Source of the DNA: an uncultured Clostridia bacterium | GTDB lineage: Bacteria; Bacillota; Clostridia; Christensenellales; UBA1242 | Length of the DNA stretch: 44,281 bases | NCBI GenBank assembly: GCA_944332315.1 | Contig: CALVJT010000018.1 | Coordinates: 1-44,281, forward strand | Direction of reading: 5' to 3' | Shown here: piece after piece, positions 1 to 9,298 of the stretch | Layout: every line of letters begins with the position of its first letter | Numbering within the stretch: position 1 is the stretch's first letter | Made by a program: the position numbers and the translations under genes | Notes under the pieces: model-generated | Databases searched by the model: none | What the model was told of the DNA's origin: nothing | The model's input: the letters and a program-made list of their open reading frames with translations, nothing else

Positions 1-155
1 ACATCATAGTCAGCCAAATTAAATGTTACAGTACCAGTTGCTGTTTTTGACGCTTGCAATGCCGAATATGTGCCGACAACAGCCACTGCTACGCATATAA
101 GTAGCGCAAACAGTAATGTCAATACAATTTTTGCAGACTTTGTACTTTTTGTCAT
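1..155 (-). CDS. 5' part of an exported protein with a SipW/TasA-class-like signal peptide (continues beyond window start)
   Basis: Read by hand: SD GAGG, then ATG at 155. Translates MTKSTKSAKIVLTLLFALLICVAVAVVGTYSALQASKTATGTVTFNLADYD (basic N-region, hydrophobic H-region, TYS...SKTATGTVTF). Not in the ORF track because it is truncated. Confidence 0.7.
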   Translation of the reverse strand, partial: MTKSTKSAKIVLTLLFALLICVAVAVVGTYSALQASKTATGTVTFNLADYD

Positions 156-396
156 ATCCAACCTCTTTTAGTTTATATTCAAAATAATTTTACACAAAAT
201 TACAAAATAAGTCAAACAATTTAGCCTATATTTTCAAATTTGACAAAATATTTAATTTGTTTATATTATTTGCTAATATTCGCATATTTATGCAAAAACA
301 AATTCAAATTACAACTATTTTTGTGCTTTTACAAAAATTGGTAGAATATTTAACAAAAAGTAGATAGAAACATAAATAGCATTATCGGCTACAAAA

Positions 397-1476
397 TTAG
401 GCAACATTTTGCAAATTAAATGGCAAATTGTTTTCATATATTTCATTAAACATACTGCGCTTATAATCTAGCACTTCTTGCTCAAACCAATCGTGATACG
501 ATTCTATTTTTTTATTAATTTCATCATTAACATAATCGCACTTTTCCTGCACAATCAACGCAAACTCTGGGTTGATATTAAACTCGCCAAGCATATTATC
601 GTAGTTTCCGTTGATATTTTGTATCATTTCGTTTATAGTTTCGTACATCTTTTGGTCATAATCTGATTGCAAAATTTGTAGGTTTACTATTATTATATAT
701 AAATTTTGGGATAAATCTTTATATTCGTTATAGGCACTATCAGCATTCATATCAGCTTGCATTTGCTCCCAAATATTTTCGTACTGCGAATTTAGGTTGT
801 ATTCAAACTCTTGATGTTCTAGGCTATCAAAATTTACATAAATTTTAATAAGGTCGGCAATATTTTTATCGTCAATGCTTTGCTCACTGCACGCATACTT
901 AACAGCAACCGAATCTAACAAATCTCCACGATCGCTTATTGTACTATTTAATTGATAACTTTTGCTCAACTCATTTTGAGCAGAATTTAGCCCTTTGCAA
1001 ATACTGCTTTTTGAATCTACATTGCTAGATACTACGGTAGAAATGTTAATATCATCCCCAGGGGCAATCATCCCCAAAGTTTCGGCGTTGTTTACAACAT
1101 CCACAATTGCTTCATCCACCGCACTATCTACATAATTGCAACCAAGCAAAAGTATTTGCGCCTCGGGGTTGAGCGCCTGCTGTTCTACAACCACATCATC
1201 CTGCACCACAAACTGCACTTGCGAGCCGAGCTCGAGCAGTATATAGGAGGTTGTACTCGAATTTTTTGGCAGAGTAAAAACTATGCTTGCACAAGTTACC
1301 GATAAAAGCAAGCACGCCATAACGGGCATAAGCATTTTATAAATGCGCCTTTTATAAAACGGAGTTTTAGCGTTTACGCTTACTGATATGCCACATTGTG
1401 CTTTAATTTCATCCAAAACTTGATTGTTTGGTTGTATATCCTTGATGCGTTTACGCAAAATTCTAATAATTTTCAT
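397..1476 (-). CDS. Membrane-anchored anti-sigma factor, RsgI-like extracellular domain
   Basis: One TM helix, followed by YILLELGSQVQFVVQDDVVVEQQALNPEAQILL, which resembles the RsgI periplasmic-domain motif (YVSxDINPSxEL...ALNxDG). Start overlaps the stop of the upstream sigma gene; SD AAGGAGG. Confidence 0.65.
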   Translation of the reverse strand: MKIIRILRKRIKDIQPNNQVLDEIKAQCGISVSVNAKTPFYKRRIYKMLMPVMACLLLSVTCASIVFTLPKNSSTTSYILLELGSQVQFVVQDDVVVEQQALNPEAQILLLGCNYVDSAVDEAIVDVVNNAETLGMIAPGDDINISTVVSSNVDSKSSICKGLNSAQNELSKSYQLNSTISDRGDLLDSVAVKYACSEQSIDDKNIADLIKIYVNFDSLEHQEFEYNLNSQYENIWEQMQADMNADSAYNEYKDLSQNLYIIIVNLQILQSDYDQKMYETINEMIQNINGNYDNMLGEFNINPEFALIVQEKCDYVNDEINKKIESYHDWFEQEVLDYKRSMFNEIYENNLPFNLQNVA

Positions 1477-2002
1477 AGTTTTCCTCCTTTAGCGATTTTT
1501 TTAATTTTTTTAGTGCTTGCTGATAGCGCCAAGTTATGGTATTGATGTTGCTATCTAGCATTTTTGCAATTTCTCGGCGCTTAAAGCCCTTTATTAGCGA
1601 AAGCGTCAAAATTTCGTACTCCTGTTCAGTAAGCACTTGCCTACAATCGGCAAGGATATCATAATCTTTGTGCGGTGCAAGGTTTTTATCGCCAATCATC
1701 ACCTCAACCACATCGTCATCTATATCCACAGTGGCGCACTGTTTTTTTAGTATGTTTAGCGCCTTATTTTTAGCAATGGTGTACATATAACTCAAAACAT
1801 TGCTATCCAGTTTAATTTTATCTAAGTTGCGGTACAACGCAATGTAAGCTTCCTGCACCGCCTCCTCCGTCAAGTCTTTGCGCCTCAATACGCCGTACGC
1901 CACGGTGTACATTAATCGGTAAGTTTGTGCATAAAATTCATCGAATACCGCAAGATTGCCCTCCTGCAACTGCTTCAAGAGAGCGGTTATCTTGTTTTGC
2001 AT
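1463..2002 (-). CDS. ECF-type RNA polymerase sigma-70 factor
   Basis: Region 2 (EEAVQEAYIALY, YMYTIAKNKALN) and region 4 HTH (GFKRREIAKMLDSNINTITWRYQQALKKL); 179 aa. Confidence 0.92.
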   Translation of the reverse strand: MQNKITALLKQLQEGNLAVFDEFYAQTYRLMYTVAYGVLRRKDLTEEAVQEAYIALYRNLDKIKLDSNVLSYMYTIAKNKALNILKKQCATVDIDDDVVEVMIGDKNLAPHKDYDILADCRQVLTEQEYEILTLSLIKGFKRREIAKMLDSNINTITWRYQQALKKLKKSLKEENYENY

Positions 2003-2121
2003 AAATATTCCTTAATCTCATTAAATTTAGTGTAATTGAACTTTATTGTATCACACTTTTGTAAATTATACAATGTAAATGCACTTTTTGTTGGAATTTA
2101 TTCAAAAATTGACAATTTTGC

Positions 2122-2152
2122 TACACAAAGCGCAGACTTTTTACATACTATG
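2122..2152 (+). promoter_or_regulatory. SigK-like sporulation promoter upstream of the vWA gene
   Basis: TACACA-N16-CATACTATG, close to the B. subtilis SigK consensus (ACA-N16-CATA-NNN-TA). Confidence 0.55.
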
Positions 2153-2178
2153 TAGCGTAGGGAAAATAGGAGTATAAA

Positions 2179-3549
2179 ATGGGAGTAATAAGTTCTAATA
2201 AAACTATAAACACAAGCAGTATTGGATGCGATGGCTCACTCCGCGTGAAACTTGCGTTTACAGCTGCCCCTGACATTGCTTCGAACCCAACGGACATAGT
2301 ACTTGTGCTAGACCGCTCGGGCAGTATGTCAGGCACGCCTTTATCGGATATGAAATTAGGTGCCAACACCTTTATTGATATTATCGATGAATCTACAGAT
2401 GGCTCACAAGATGGACAAATTGGCGGAGGTAGCCGTATTGGCATTGTAAGTTTTGCAACAACCGCTGTTGCAAACACGCAGTTGATAACATCAGTTGCCG
2501 ACCTAAAAACCGCTGTAGACGGGCTTATGGCTAACGGGCAGACAAACCACGCTGATGCATTTACTCAAGCAATAAATTTGTTTGACCCAAGCTCGCAAAA
2601 CGCAAAAGTTATTGTTATGTTTACAGATGGCAATACCACAGTGGGCGCACCGCCAGCACCGGTTGCTGAACAAGCAAAAAGCCAAGGCATAGTGATTTAC
2701 TGCATCGGCTTAGTGGGCTCGGATGGCGTTGATGTTGCTACACTAAACGAATGGGCATCCGACCCCGATTCAACTCACGTGGCTGTTACGCCAACATCGG
2801 CAGATTTAGAGGAACTCTTTGAGGACCTTGCAGCCAATATATCAAAACCAGGTGCTACAGATATTGTTATTGACGAAGTTGTTAATGACGACTTTTCTAT
2901 AACAAATCTCGAAACTCCAAACTTTGGAGATGCAAACATTGTAAACGCAAACACCATCCATTGGGAAATTGACCAACTAGGCGTAACTAGCACCGAAAGT
3001 GCAGTATTACAATTTGATATTCAACACACAGCACAAACTTCTGGCACAAAACAAGTTAACGCATCGGTAACTTATAACGATGCCGAGGGCAATGTAGTAA
3101 CATTCCCTAACCCAGAAGTGACAGTAAATTGTTGTGACCCTGATTTTCAAGTAGAATGTCCAACACCTATCGATTTTACTGCAGATGATTGCAACGCTAC
3201 TATCGATTACGATTTAGGCGAAAATGAACTTGAGGGTGTGGGACGCATTGTAACTTTAAGTACTACAATAAGGCGCGTATGCCCAGGTAAGCGCGTAGCA
3301 TTGGCAGTATCGCTTGCAGAACTCGATGACGAGGGCAACGAGTACGAACGCGGACTAAAAACTTACACCATACCCGCACATTCTTGCACGGGTTGCCAAG
3401 ATGTAAATGTCAGCAATATAAAATTTGTACTGCCCGAGGATATTAGCGTGGGCACCTGCAACACTATGTGTTGCCAAAGGTCCTTGCGCGCAAGAGTGAT
3501 ATCTCACTATATCGATTCTGGCTCCATCTGCGAGGATGACCAACAGTAG
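2179..3549 (+). CDS. von Willebrand factor A domain protein with Cys-rich C-terminal domain (putative spore-surface protein)
   Basis: MIDAS motif DIVLVLDRSGS, TNHADA, VIVMFTDG; SD AGGAG; no signal peptide; Cys-rich C-terminus (RVCPGKRVALAV...CQDV...CCQR). Confidence 0.85.
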   Translation: MGVISSNKTINTSSIGCDGSLRVKLAFTAAPDIASNPTDIVLVLDRSGSMSGTPLSDMKLGANTFIDIIDESTDGSQDGQIGGGSRIGIVSFATTAVANTQLITSVADLKTAVDGLMANGQTNHADAFTQAINLFDPSSQNAKVIVMFTDGNTTVGAPPAPVAEQAKSQGIVIYCIGLVGSDGVDVATLNEWASDPDSTHVAVTPTSADLEELFEDLAANISKPGATDIVIDEVVNDDFSITNLETPNFGDANIVNANTIHWEIDQLGVTSTESAVLQFDIQHTAQTSGTKQVNASVTYNDAEGNVVTFPNPEVTVNCCDPDFQVECPTPIDFTADDCNATIDYDLGENELEGVGRIVTLSTTIRRVCPGKRVALAVSLAELDDEGNEYERGLKTYTIPAHSCTGCQDVNVSNIKFVLPEDISVGTCNTMCCQRSLRARVISHYIDSGSICEDDQQ

Positions 3550-3617
3550 TTTTTTATAAAAATTACAAAATTTAAAAAACCCTTTTATAAAAAATATTGC
3601 AAATTCATTAAAAAATA

Positions 3618-3703
3618 TGCAAATTTTTATAATATAATTACTAAATTTTTATAATATAAATGCAAATTTTTATAATATAAATGCAAATTTTTAGCAATAT
3701 AAA
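3618..3703. repeat. Imperfect ~21-bp tandem repeat, about 4 copies (TGCAAATTTTTATAATATAAA)
   Basis: Copies begin near 3618, 3641, 3661 and 3682, with no unique spacers. Confidence 0.75.
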
Positions 3704-3821
3704 AGCATATTTTTATTAAACAATGCAATAAAAATTTTACCACCAAAACAACAACCAATAAAATATCACAGCAAAAAATCTTTATAAAAAATTAACAATT
3801 TTATTTAATATATTTATAAAG

Positions 3822-3855
3822 AAAAGACTTCGCTACCCCATAGTGAAGTCTTTTT
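3822..3855. terminator. Bidirectional intrinsic terminator between the convergent vWA and spoVB-like genes
   Basis: AAAAGACTTCGCTA-CCCCA-TAGTGAAGTCTTTT, with A/T tracts on both sides. Confidence 0.75.
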
Positions 3856-3992
3856 ATATTATATGTTTTTTGTTTTTAATAAATACAATGATTCCTGCAT
3901 TTTATATCACATAAAGCCAAAAAGCATTAGTAAAATTTATATATCTTATAAATTTTATAGTATTAGCCCTACTTGCTTGCACATCTATTAAT

Positions 3993-5546
3993 CTATTTTG
4001 TATTTTGTATGTGCGGAGGCGATATTTCTGGCGCCTTTTTGTTGGATTTAGAAAATTCCAGCAGCATTGCCTTTAGATCCACCACCTTAAACATCACGCA
4101 AAGCAGTATAAAGCTCAATGCGCCCGCGCAACTGCCAAATGCCAACGCAAAGAATTTAGGGCAAAACATATCAAATATATTAAATGTAAATATTGTAAAC
4201 AGCAGGCTTGGCACCGCAAGCAAGCTCATCGAAACTATTTTGGTCACAATATGTGTTTTTATTTGCAATTTTTTATTGATAAGGCTAATATTCATAGCGC
4301 TAGAAATTGTCATACAAGCCCCTGTGCCCACTATCAACGATACAATTCCTATTGTTTGCGTAAGTGATAAAATTATGATGACAAGTACTACCGCACCCGT
4401 TAGGTAGTTTATAAAAGATTTAGATTCCATTCCTAGCGCGTTTAGCACGGTAGACGATATATTGGATAGCGCAAGCGGAATCATAAGCCAAGCCGAGTAC
4501 AGCAAGTATAGCCCTGCGCGCTCGTTATTATATACAAACAGCCCTATATCTTGCCACATCCCCATATAAAGCGGAACTATCATCATCGAAATGAATATCG
4601 AAAAGGTAAATGCTATGTTTATTTGAGATACAACATTTTCCTTATTTTTTTGTGCATACTGCGATGATAGTTCAGGCAAAAGCACCATTGCTAGCGAACC
4701 TGTAAGCGTAGATGGCACAAACAGCAGTGGCATTGTCATACCAACCGCTATGCCAAACTCTGCTAGCGCGTTTTCGTTGCTCATACCAGCAAGCACTAAC
4801 TGCATAGGAATTATTATGGCTATAATAGGTTGTAGCGCACTTGTTGCCACGCGCACGCCCGTAATTGGGGTTGCACTTTTTAGAATTTTTCGGTACTGAT
4901 CGCGTGGGTTGCCCAATCGGTTGCCCTTTACAAAATAGTAAACTATCACCATCAACGCGCTAAACAGACACGCTATGGATAGCGAAAGCCCCGCAACTAT
5001 GCCACTGTTCAGCGTTTGCCCTACAGCGTACGCCAGCACAAAAAAGAACACTATGCGCAATGCCTGCTCGACAAACTCACTCAACCCCACAATAAAGTAG
5101 TTCTTTTTGCCCCACAGCGCGCCTCTAAATGATGAATATATTGCCGAAAATATCACCGATGGCAAAAGCGTTAGTATTATAAGCACGGTGCGCGGATCGG
5201 CAAAAATTTTTTCTAGCGGAGTATCAAATACAAAAATCAATAGACACAACACTATTGATAGCGATAAAGAAATTATCAATGTTGCAGTTGTGGCACGATT
5301 AACTGCTTGTCTATCCTTTTGCGTTTCGTATATTGCGGTGAATTTAGAAAGAGTGAGTGGCAAGCCACTAGAAACTAGCATCATAAGCACGCCCACTACC
5401 GACATTGCCACCTGATATATGCCCAGCATTTCTGCGCCCATTTCCCACGAAAGGTAGATTCTAAACACAAACCCCAGTATCCGCGTAAGAATGGAAAACA
5501 CTGTTATAAGCGCCACTGCCTTGATGATATCGCTAAATTTTATCAT
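3993..5546 (-). CDS. SpoVB/MurJ-family polysaccharide or lipid II flippase
   Basis: 517 aa, multi-TM; N-terminal ILTRILGFVFRIYLS..MGAE..GIYQ motif typical of the SpoVB family. Confidence 0.85.
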   Translation of the reverse strand: MIKFSDIIKAVALITVFSILTRILGFVFRIYLSWEMGAEMLGIYQVAMSVVGVLMMLVSSGLPLTLSKFTAIYETQKDRQAVNRATTATLIISLSLSIVLCLLIFVFDTPLEKIFADPRTVLIILTLLPSVIFSAIYSSFRGALWGKKNYFIVGLSEFVEQALRIVFFFVLAYAVGQTLNSGIVAGLSLSIACLFSALMVIVYYFVKGNRLGNPRDQYRKILKSATPITGVRVATSALQPIIAIIIPMQLVLAGMSNENALAEFGIAVGMTMPLLFVPSTLTGSLAMVLLPELSSQYAQKNKENVVSQINIAFTFSIFISMMIVPLYMGMWQDIGLFVYNNERAGLYLLYSAWLMIPLALSNISSTVLNALGMESKSFINYLTGAVVLVIIILSLTQTIGIVSLIVGTGACMTISSAMNISLINKKLQIKTHIVTKIVSMSLLAVPSLLFTIFTFNIFDMFCPKFFALAFGSCAGALSFILLCVMFKVVDLKAMLLEFSKSNKKAPEISPPHIQNTK

Positions 5547-5726
5547 AAGATAATATATTCATATGTGCATTTTTTTATGAAAGCACTTTTTAATGCATCC
5601 CATCTATAATATTTCTATTGCAAAGGCTTCTCTACTGCCTCTGCACCATAAATGCCACGCAACAATTCAACACAAAGTTTGCAACTAACTTCAAACATAC
5701 AAAAAAGTATGCCTCTAAAAGCATAC

Positions 5727-6020
5727 CTATTCATCTAAAATAATAAGTTGTTGACCTATAAAAAGTGGTGCAACGATGTTGTTATCTGCCTTAATTTTTT
5801 CCACGCTGACATTGTACCTTTCGGCAATTTCTCGCAAAGTTTCCAGCGGACGCACTGTGTGTATGGCTTTGGCACTAAACGGAATTACTAAGTAATCACC
5901 CTCCTCCACTTGAGTTTTGCCCTCGTTTGCCATACTCAAAATTTTGCAAGTAAGGTTGTACCTTTCGGCAATCTTTTCAAAAGTATCATTGTAACCCACT
6001 TTAATAATTAGTTTTTGCAT
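5727..6020 (-). CDS. Small protein with two LysM domains
   Basis: DTFEKIAERYNLT...L...N and ETLREIAERYNVSVEKIKADN...LFIGQQLII; SD AGGTGA. Confidence 0.88.
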   Translation of the reverse strand: MQKLIIKVGYNDTFEKIAERYNLTCKILSMANEGKTQVEEGDYLVIPFSAKAIHTVRPLETLREIAERYNVSVEKIKADNNIVAPLFIGQQLIILDE

Positions 6021-6161
6021 AATTCACCTACACTATTATATGCGCCTAATTGATAATTTTACACTGAAAGTCTTTTTTAGCAAAAAACAATAACCCATAA
6101 TGCCCCAACATTGATTTTACAGTCTAAAATTAAAAAGCATAGCACTTTGCTACGCTAACAA

Positions 6162-6980
6162 CTACTCTTTATATTTATTTATATAAAGTTGATATACTTG
6201 ATTTTTTGGCAAGTTGTACATTTTTGCTGTTTGTTTTATAGCTTCTTTAGGTTCGGTGCTTTTAAGACATTGCTCTAAGTACTCCTCCATACTCATTTGT
6301 TTTCGTTGGGGTATGCACCCCTCTACACACACAACATATTCTCCGCGTGCATCCGCTATTTGCATTTGGCCCAATGTTCCGCGCTCAACACTTTCGTACA
6401 ACTTTGTCATTTCGTGCATAACAGCGCATTGCCTATCCCCAAGCACTTGATGCAAAAACTGCAAGTCCTCGTTTATATTGTGCATACTGCTATAAAAAAT
6501 TAAGGTTGCCTTTATATCAATTATATTTTGTATTTGCTCCATTCGTTCCGATTTTTTATCTTTCAAAAAACCAACAAAATAAAAATTATCCGTGTTTAGC
6601 CCGCTCAAAATAAGCGCATTTATGCACGCGCACGCCCCAGATACAACAGTGTATTCAATGTTGTTTTTTATTAGCTCTAGAACTATTCGGTACCCAGGGT
6701 CACTTATGCAAGGCATACCCGCATCCGATATATATGCAATGCGCTTGCCCGCATTTAGTTTTTGCATCAAATTTTCCACTTTGCTTTTGGGGCTGTATTT
6801 ATGAAAACTCTGCAAAGGCTTGCTTATTTCAAAGTGCTTTAATAATACTACCGAATGTTGTGTATCCTCGCACCAAATTTCGTCCACACTTTTTAGTATT
6901 TCCACTGCCCTAAAAGTCATTTCGTCAAAATTGCCTATGGGCGTCCCTACAAAATAAAAATTGTACTCTCGTTTATCCAT
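6162..6980 (-). CDS. rsmI: 16S rRNA (cytidine1402-2'-O)-methyltransferase
   Basis: VGTPIGN, CEDT, SDAGMPCISDPG, ELTK-like EMTKLYE and RGEYV motifs; lies in the holB-yaaT cluster. Confidence 0.95.
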   Translation of the reverse strand: MDKREYNFYFVGTPIGNFDEMTFRAVEILKSVDEIWCEDTQHSVVLLKHFEISKPLQSFHKYSPKSKVENLMQKLNAGKRIAYISDAGMPCISDPGYRIVLELIKNNIEYTVVSGACACINALILSGLNTDNFYFVGFLKDKKSERMEQIQNIIDIKATLIFYSSMHNINEDLQFLHQVLGDRQCAVMHEMTKLYESVERGTLGQMQIADARGEYVVCVEGCIPQRKQMSMEEYLEQCLKSTEPKEAIKQTAKMYNLPKNQVYQLYINKYKE

Positions 6981-7319
6981 AACACTCCACTAGTTTATAA
7001 TTTTTTTAATTATTAATATCTTACTTTCTTAATTTTTATTAATGTTATCTATTTTATTCTTTTTATTTATTTCAAATTGGTTATTTAATTTATATATTTT
7101 GCTTTTTAATTTTGCATTTATTCAAATACATATATTTAATTTTAATTCAAATACATACTTTACCTAATAAAATCTACAAATATTGCAACAATCTACATAA
7201 AAATACATATTATAATGCATTAAATTTTTAACTTTATGTTAATTTTGATAATTCCAATAATTTAATATAATTACAAATATAAATAATGTATAATATTTTA
7301 CTAAAATGTGTGGTTGTTT

Positions 7320-8027
7320 TTATATTTCATTATCCACATTTTCACATTCGTTGTGCACGCTAAACTCTACGCCATCACTTGCGCCCTTAACCGCCTTTAC
7401 TAGCGCCAAACGGAAGCGAGAGCCCTTTTTAATAAATTCCACCACTTTAATTTTCATATCGTTCTCATTAAGGGCTTGAGCAACCTCAAAAAGTCGTTCG
7501 CTCTTACAAATAAAGTAAAAAGCACCCCCGTAGCGCAAGGCTTTGCCCGCAACGGTTGCAATTGTCAAAAAGTTGGTAGTAACTTCGGCGCGCGCAATGC
7601 GTTCGCTCTCATTTTGTTTTTTGAAGCCATTATCACTTTTTTCATAAGGCGGGTTACAAAGCACTACATCCATTGTAGATTTTTTTACATAATTAAAGGT
7701 GTTTGCTAAGTCATCATTAATAGGCACAAAACAATCTTGCAAATTGTTTACTTCAATGTTTTTAACTAATAAATCAAAAAGCACCTTTTGCAGTTCAATT
7801 AAATAGAACTTGCCCCTACCTTTATCTCCCGCCTGCTCGTTTTCGGCAAACTTATGCAAACTAACTATGCCACAGCCTGCGCACAACTCAAGTACATTAT
7901 CACTATTTTTGCATTTAGCAAATCTACTCAAACGCACACTATCGCTAGTAAAGCAGTAGGCATTTTTGTTTTGATAAACCTTGTAATCATTTATCAAAAG
8001 GCTATCCTCTCTTAAAATGTCGTCCAT
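7320..8027 (-). CDS. tRNA1(Val) adenine37-N6 methyltransferase family (YabB-like)
   Basis: YCFTSDSVRL, ELCAGCG SAM-binding motif, CNPPY, ARAE; conserved position between yaaT and rsmI. Confidence 0.88.
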   Translation of the reverse strand: MDDILREDSLLINDYKVYQNKNAYCFTSDSVRLSRFAKCKNSDNVLELCAGCGIVSLHKFAENEQAGDKGRGKFYLIELQKVLFDLLVKNIEVNNLQDCFVPINDDLANTFNYVKKSTMDVVLCNPPYEKSDNGFKKQNESERIARAEVTTNFLTIATVAGKALRYGGAFYFICKSERLFEVAQALNENDMKIKVVEFIKKGSRFRLALVKAVKGASDGVEFSVHNECENVDNEI

Positions 8028-8035
8028 AAATCCCC

Positions 8036-8893
8036 CTATTCGCCATCATCCTGTAGTTGATGTGGACACGCACCCGCAAATTCAATTGAATCATTGCATT
8101 TTAATAGCTCCTCAAGCGCACAATCTTTAATTGCAAAAGCATCGCCCTCTTGCACCTTTACCCTTACAATCTTTTTTATTAAATGATTGTAGTGCACAAT
8201 GCCCTGCGAGCCATCAGGTAGCATAACCTGCGAGCCCACTTTAGGCATAGTTTTCATAGCCTCTAGGTAAGCCGAATTTTCGTAGCCAAGACAGCACAAC
8301 AGCTTGCCACAGTATCCGTTTATTTTGTTCGGATTGAGTGCAATGCCCTGATTTTTTGCCATTTTTATAGATACTTTGCCAAAGTCTTCCAAAAAACTTG
8401 TGCAACAACATATTCTACCGCAAGCACCCACGCCCCCCATCAAAGCCACTTCCTCGCGCTCGCTAATCTGCCTCATCTCAATTCTAGTGCGCGCAAGTGC
8501 ACTTGCCAAACGCTTTACAAGCTCGCGGAAATCCACGCGAGTATCAGATGTAAAGTAAAATATAACCTTAGATGCATCAAAATTCACATAAACTTTTTTT
8601 AATTGCATATCAAGTGCAAGTTCTTGAATATGTTTGTTACACAAAGTCTGCGCATATTTAAGTTTAGATATGTTTTTTATCTGACTTTTTATATCGTGCT
8701 CATCGGCAACTTTAATAAACTTTAGGTCGCTAGTTTTGCTATCTTGCAAGCCTAAAACCACCGTTTCTACTAGGTGTTTGCCGTTGTCATCCTCCACAAG
8801 CAACTTATCGCCCACTTTTATTTGGCACCCCTGCGGAACCTCGATAGGCTTTACCCATAAAGTATAACTAGATTTTACTCCAACCTTATTCAT
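8036..8893 (-). CDS. ricT: PSP1-domain protein RicT/YaaT
   Basis: FYFTSDTRVDFRELVK, RIEMRQI, GGVGACGRICCC, KMAKNQ, KINGYCGKLLCCLGYE. Start placed at ATG 8893 because the SD AGGAG overlaps the GTG at 8899. Confidence 0.92.
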   Translation of the reverse strand: MNKVGVKSSYTLWVKPIEVPQGCQIKVGDKLLVEDDNGKHLVETVVLGLQDSKTSDLKFIKVADEHDIKSQIKNISKLKYAQTLCNKHIQELALDMQLKKVYVNFDASKVIFYFTSDTRVDFRELVKRLASALARTRIEMRQISEREEVALMGGVGACGRICCCTSFLEDFGKVSIKMAKNQGIALNPNKINGYCGKLLCCLGYENSAYLEAMKTMPKVGSQVMLPDGSQGIVHYNHLIKKIVRVKVQEGDAFAIKDCALEELLKCNDSIEFAGACPHQLQDDGE

Positions 8894-9044
8894 ATTCACT
8901 CCTAAACATATGCTTAAATTATAAATGTGTTGCTAGTTTACATATGTAATTTTTTACATTTTATTAAAAATTAATATGTATATTTTTTGATATGCCTTTT
9001 TATACATATGTGCAAAATAACAAGTATCCTGCACCCTTTTTAAA

Positions 9045-9101
9045 TTCTAGGGGATATTCCATCCCCTAGAACCCTAGTCCAAGGGCTCTCGCCCTTGACC
9101 C
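9045..9101. repeat. REP-like tandem GC-rich hairpins
   Basis: TTCTAGGGGAT-ATTCC-ATCCCCTAGAA (11-bp stem), then CAAGGGC-TCTC-GCCCTTG (7-bp stem), each followed by ACCC, in otherwise AT-rich DNA. Confidence 0.6.
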
Positions 9102-9298
9102 GTGGTCAAAAAACAACAAAAAATATGTTTTTGTGTACAAAACACAATAATATTTTACTTTTTTCTTACGAAAAAAGTAAATTACAAATTATATTGCGTT
9201 TTCTATCTGTAGTTTGTCTACAGCCTGAAATATTTTTTAAAATTTTTTGTTTTTATGAATTTAATGTTTTTATCTATTCAATTATACAATGTCTAATT

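Noticed and set aside
3618-3703. CRISPR array
   Set aside because: The repeats are contiguous with no unique spacers, and there are no cas genes.
6981-7319. AT-rich gap with AAATACATA repeats where B. subtilis has yazA
   Set aside because: No ORF remnant or convincing structure; consistent with ordinary low-complexity intergenic DNA.
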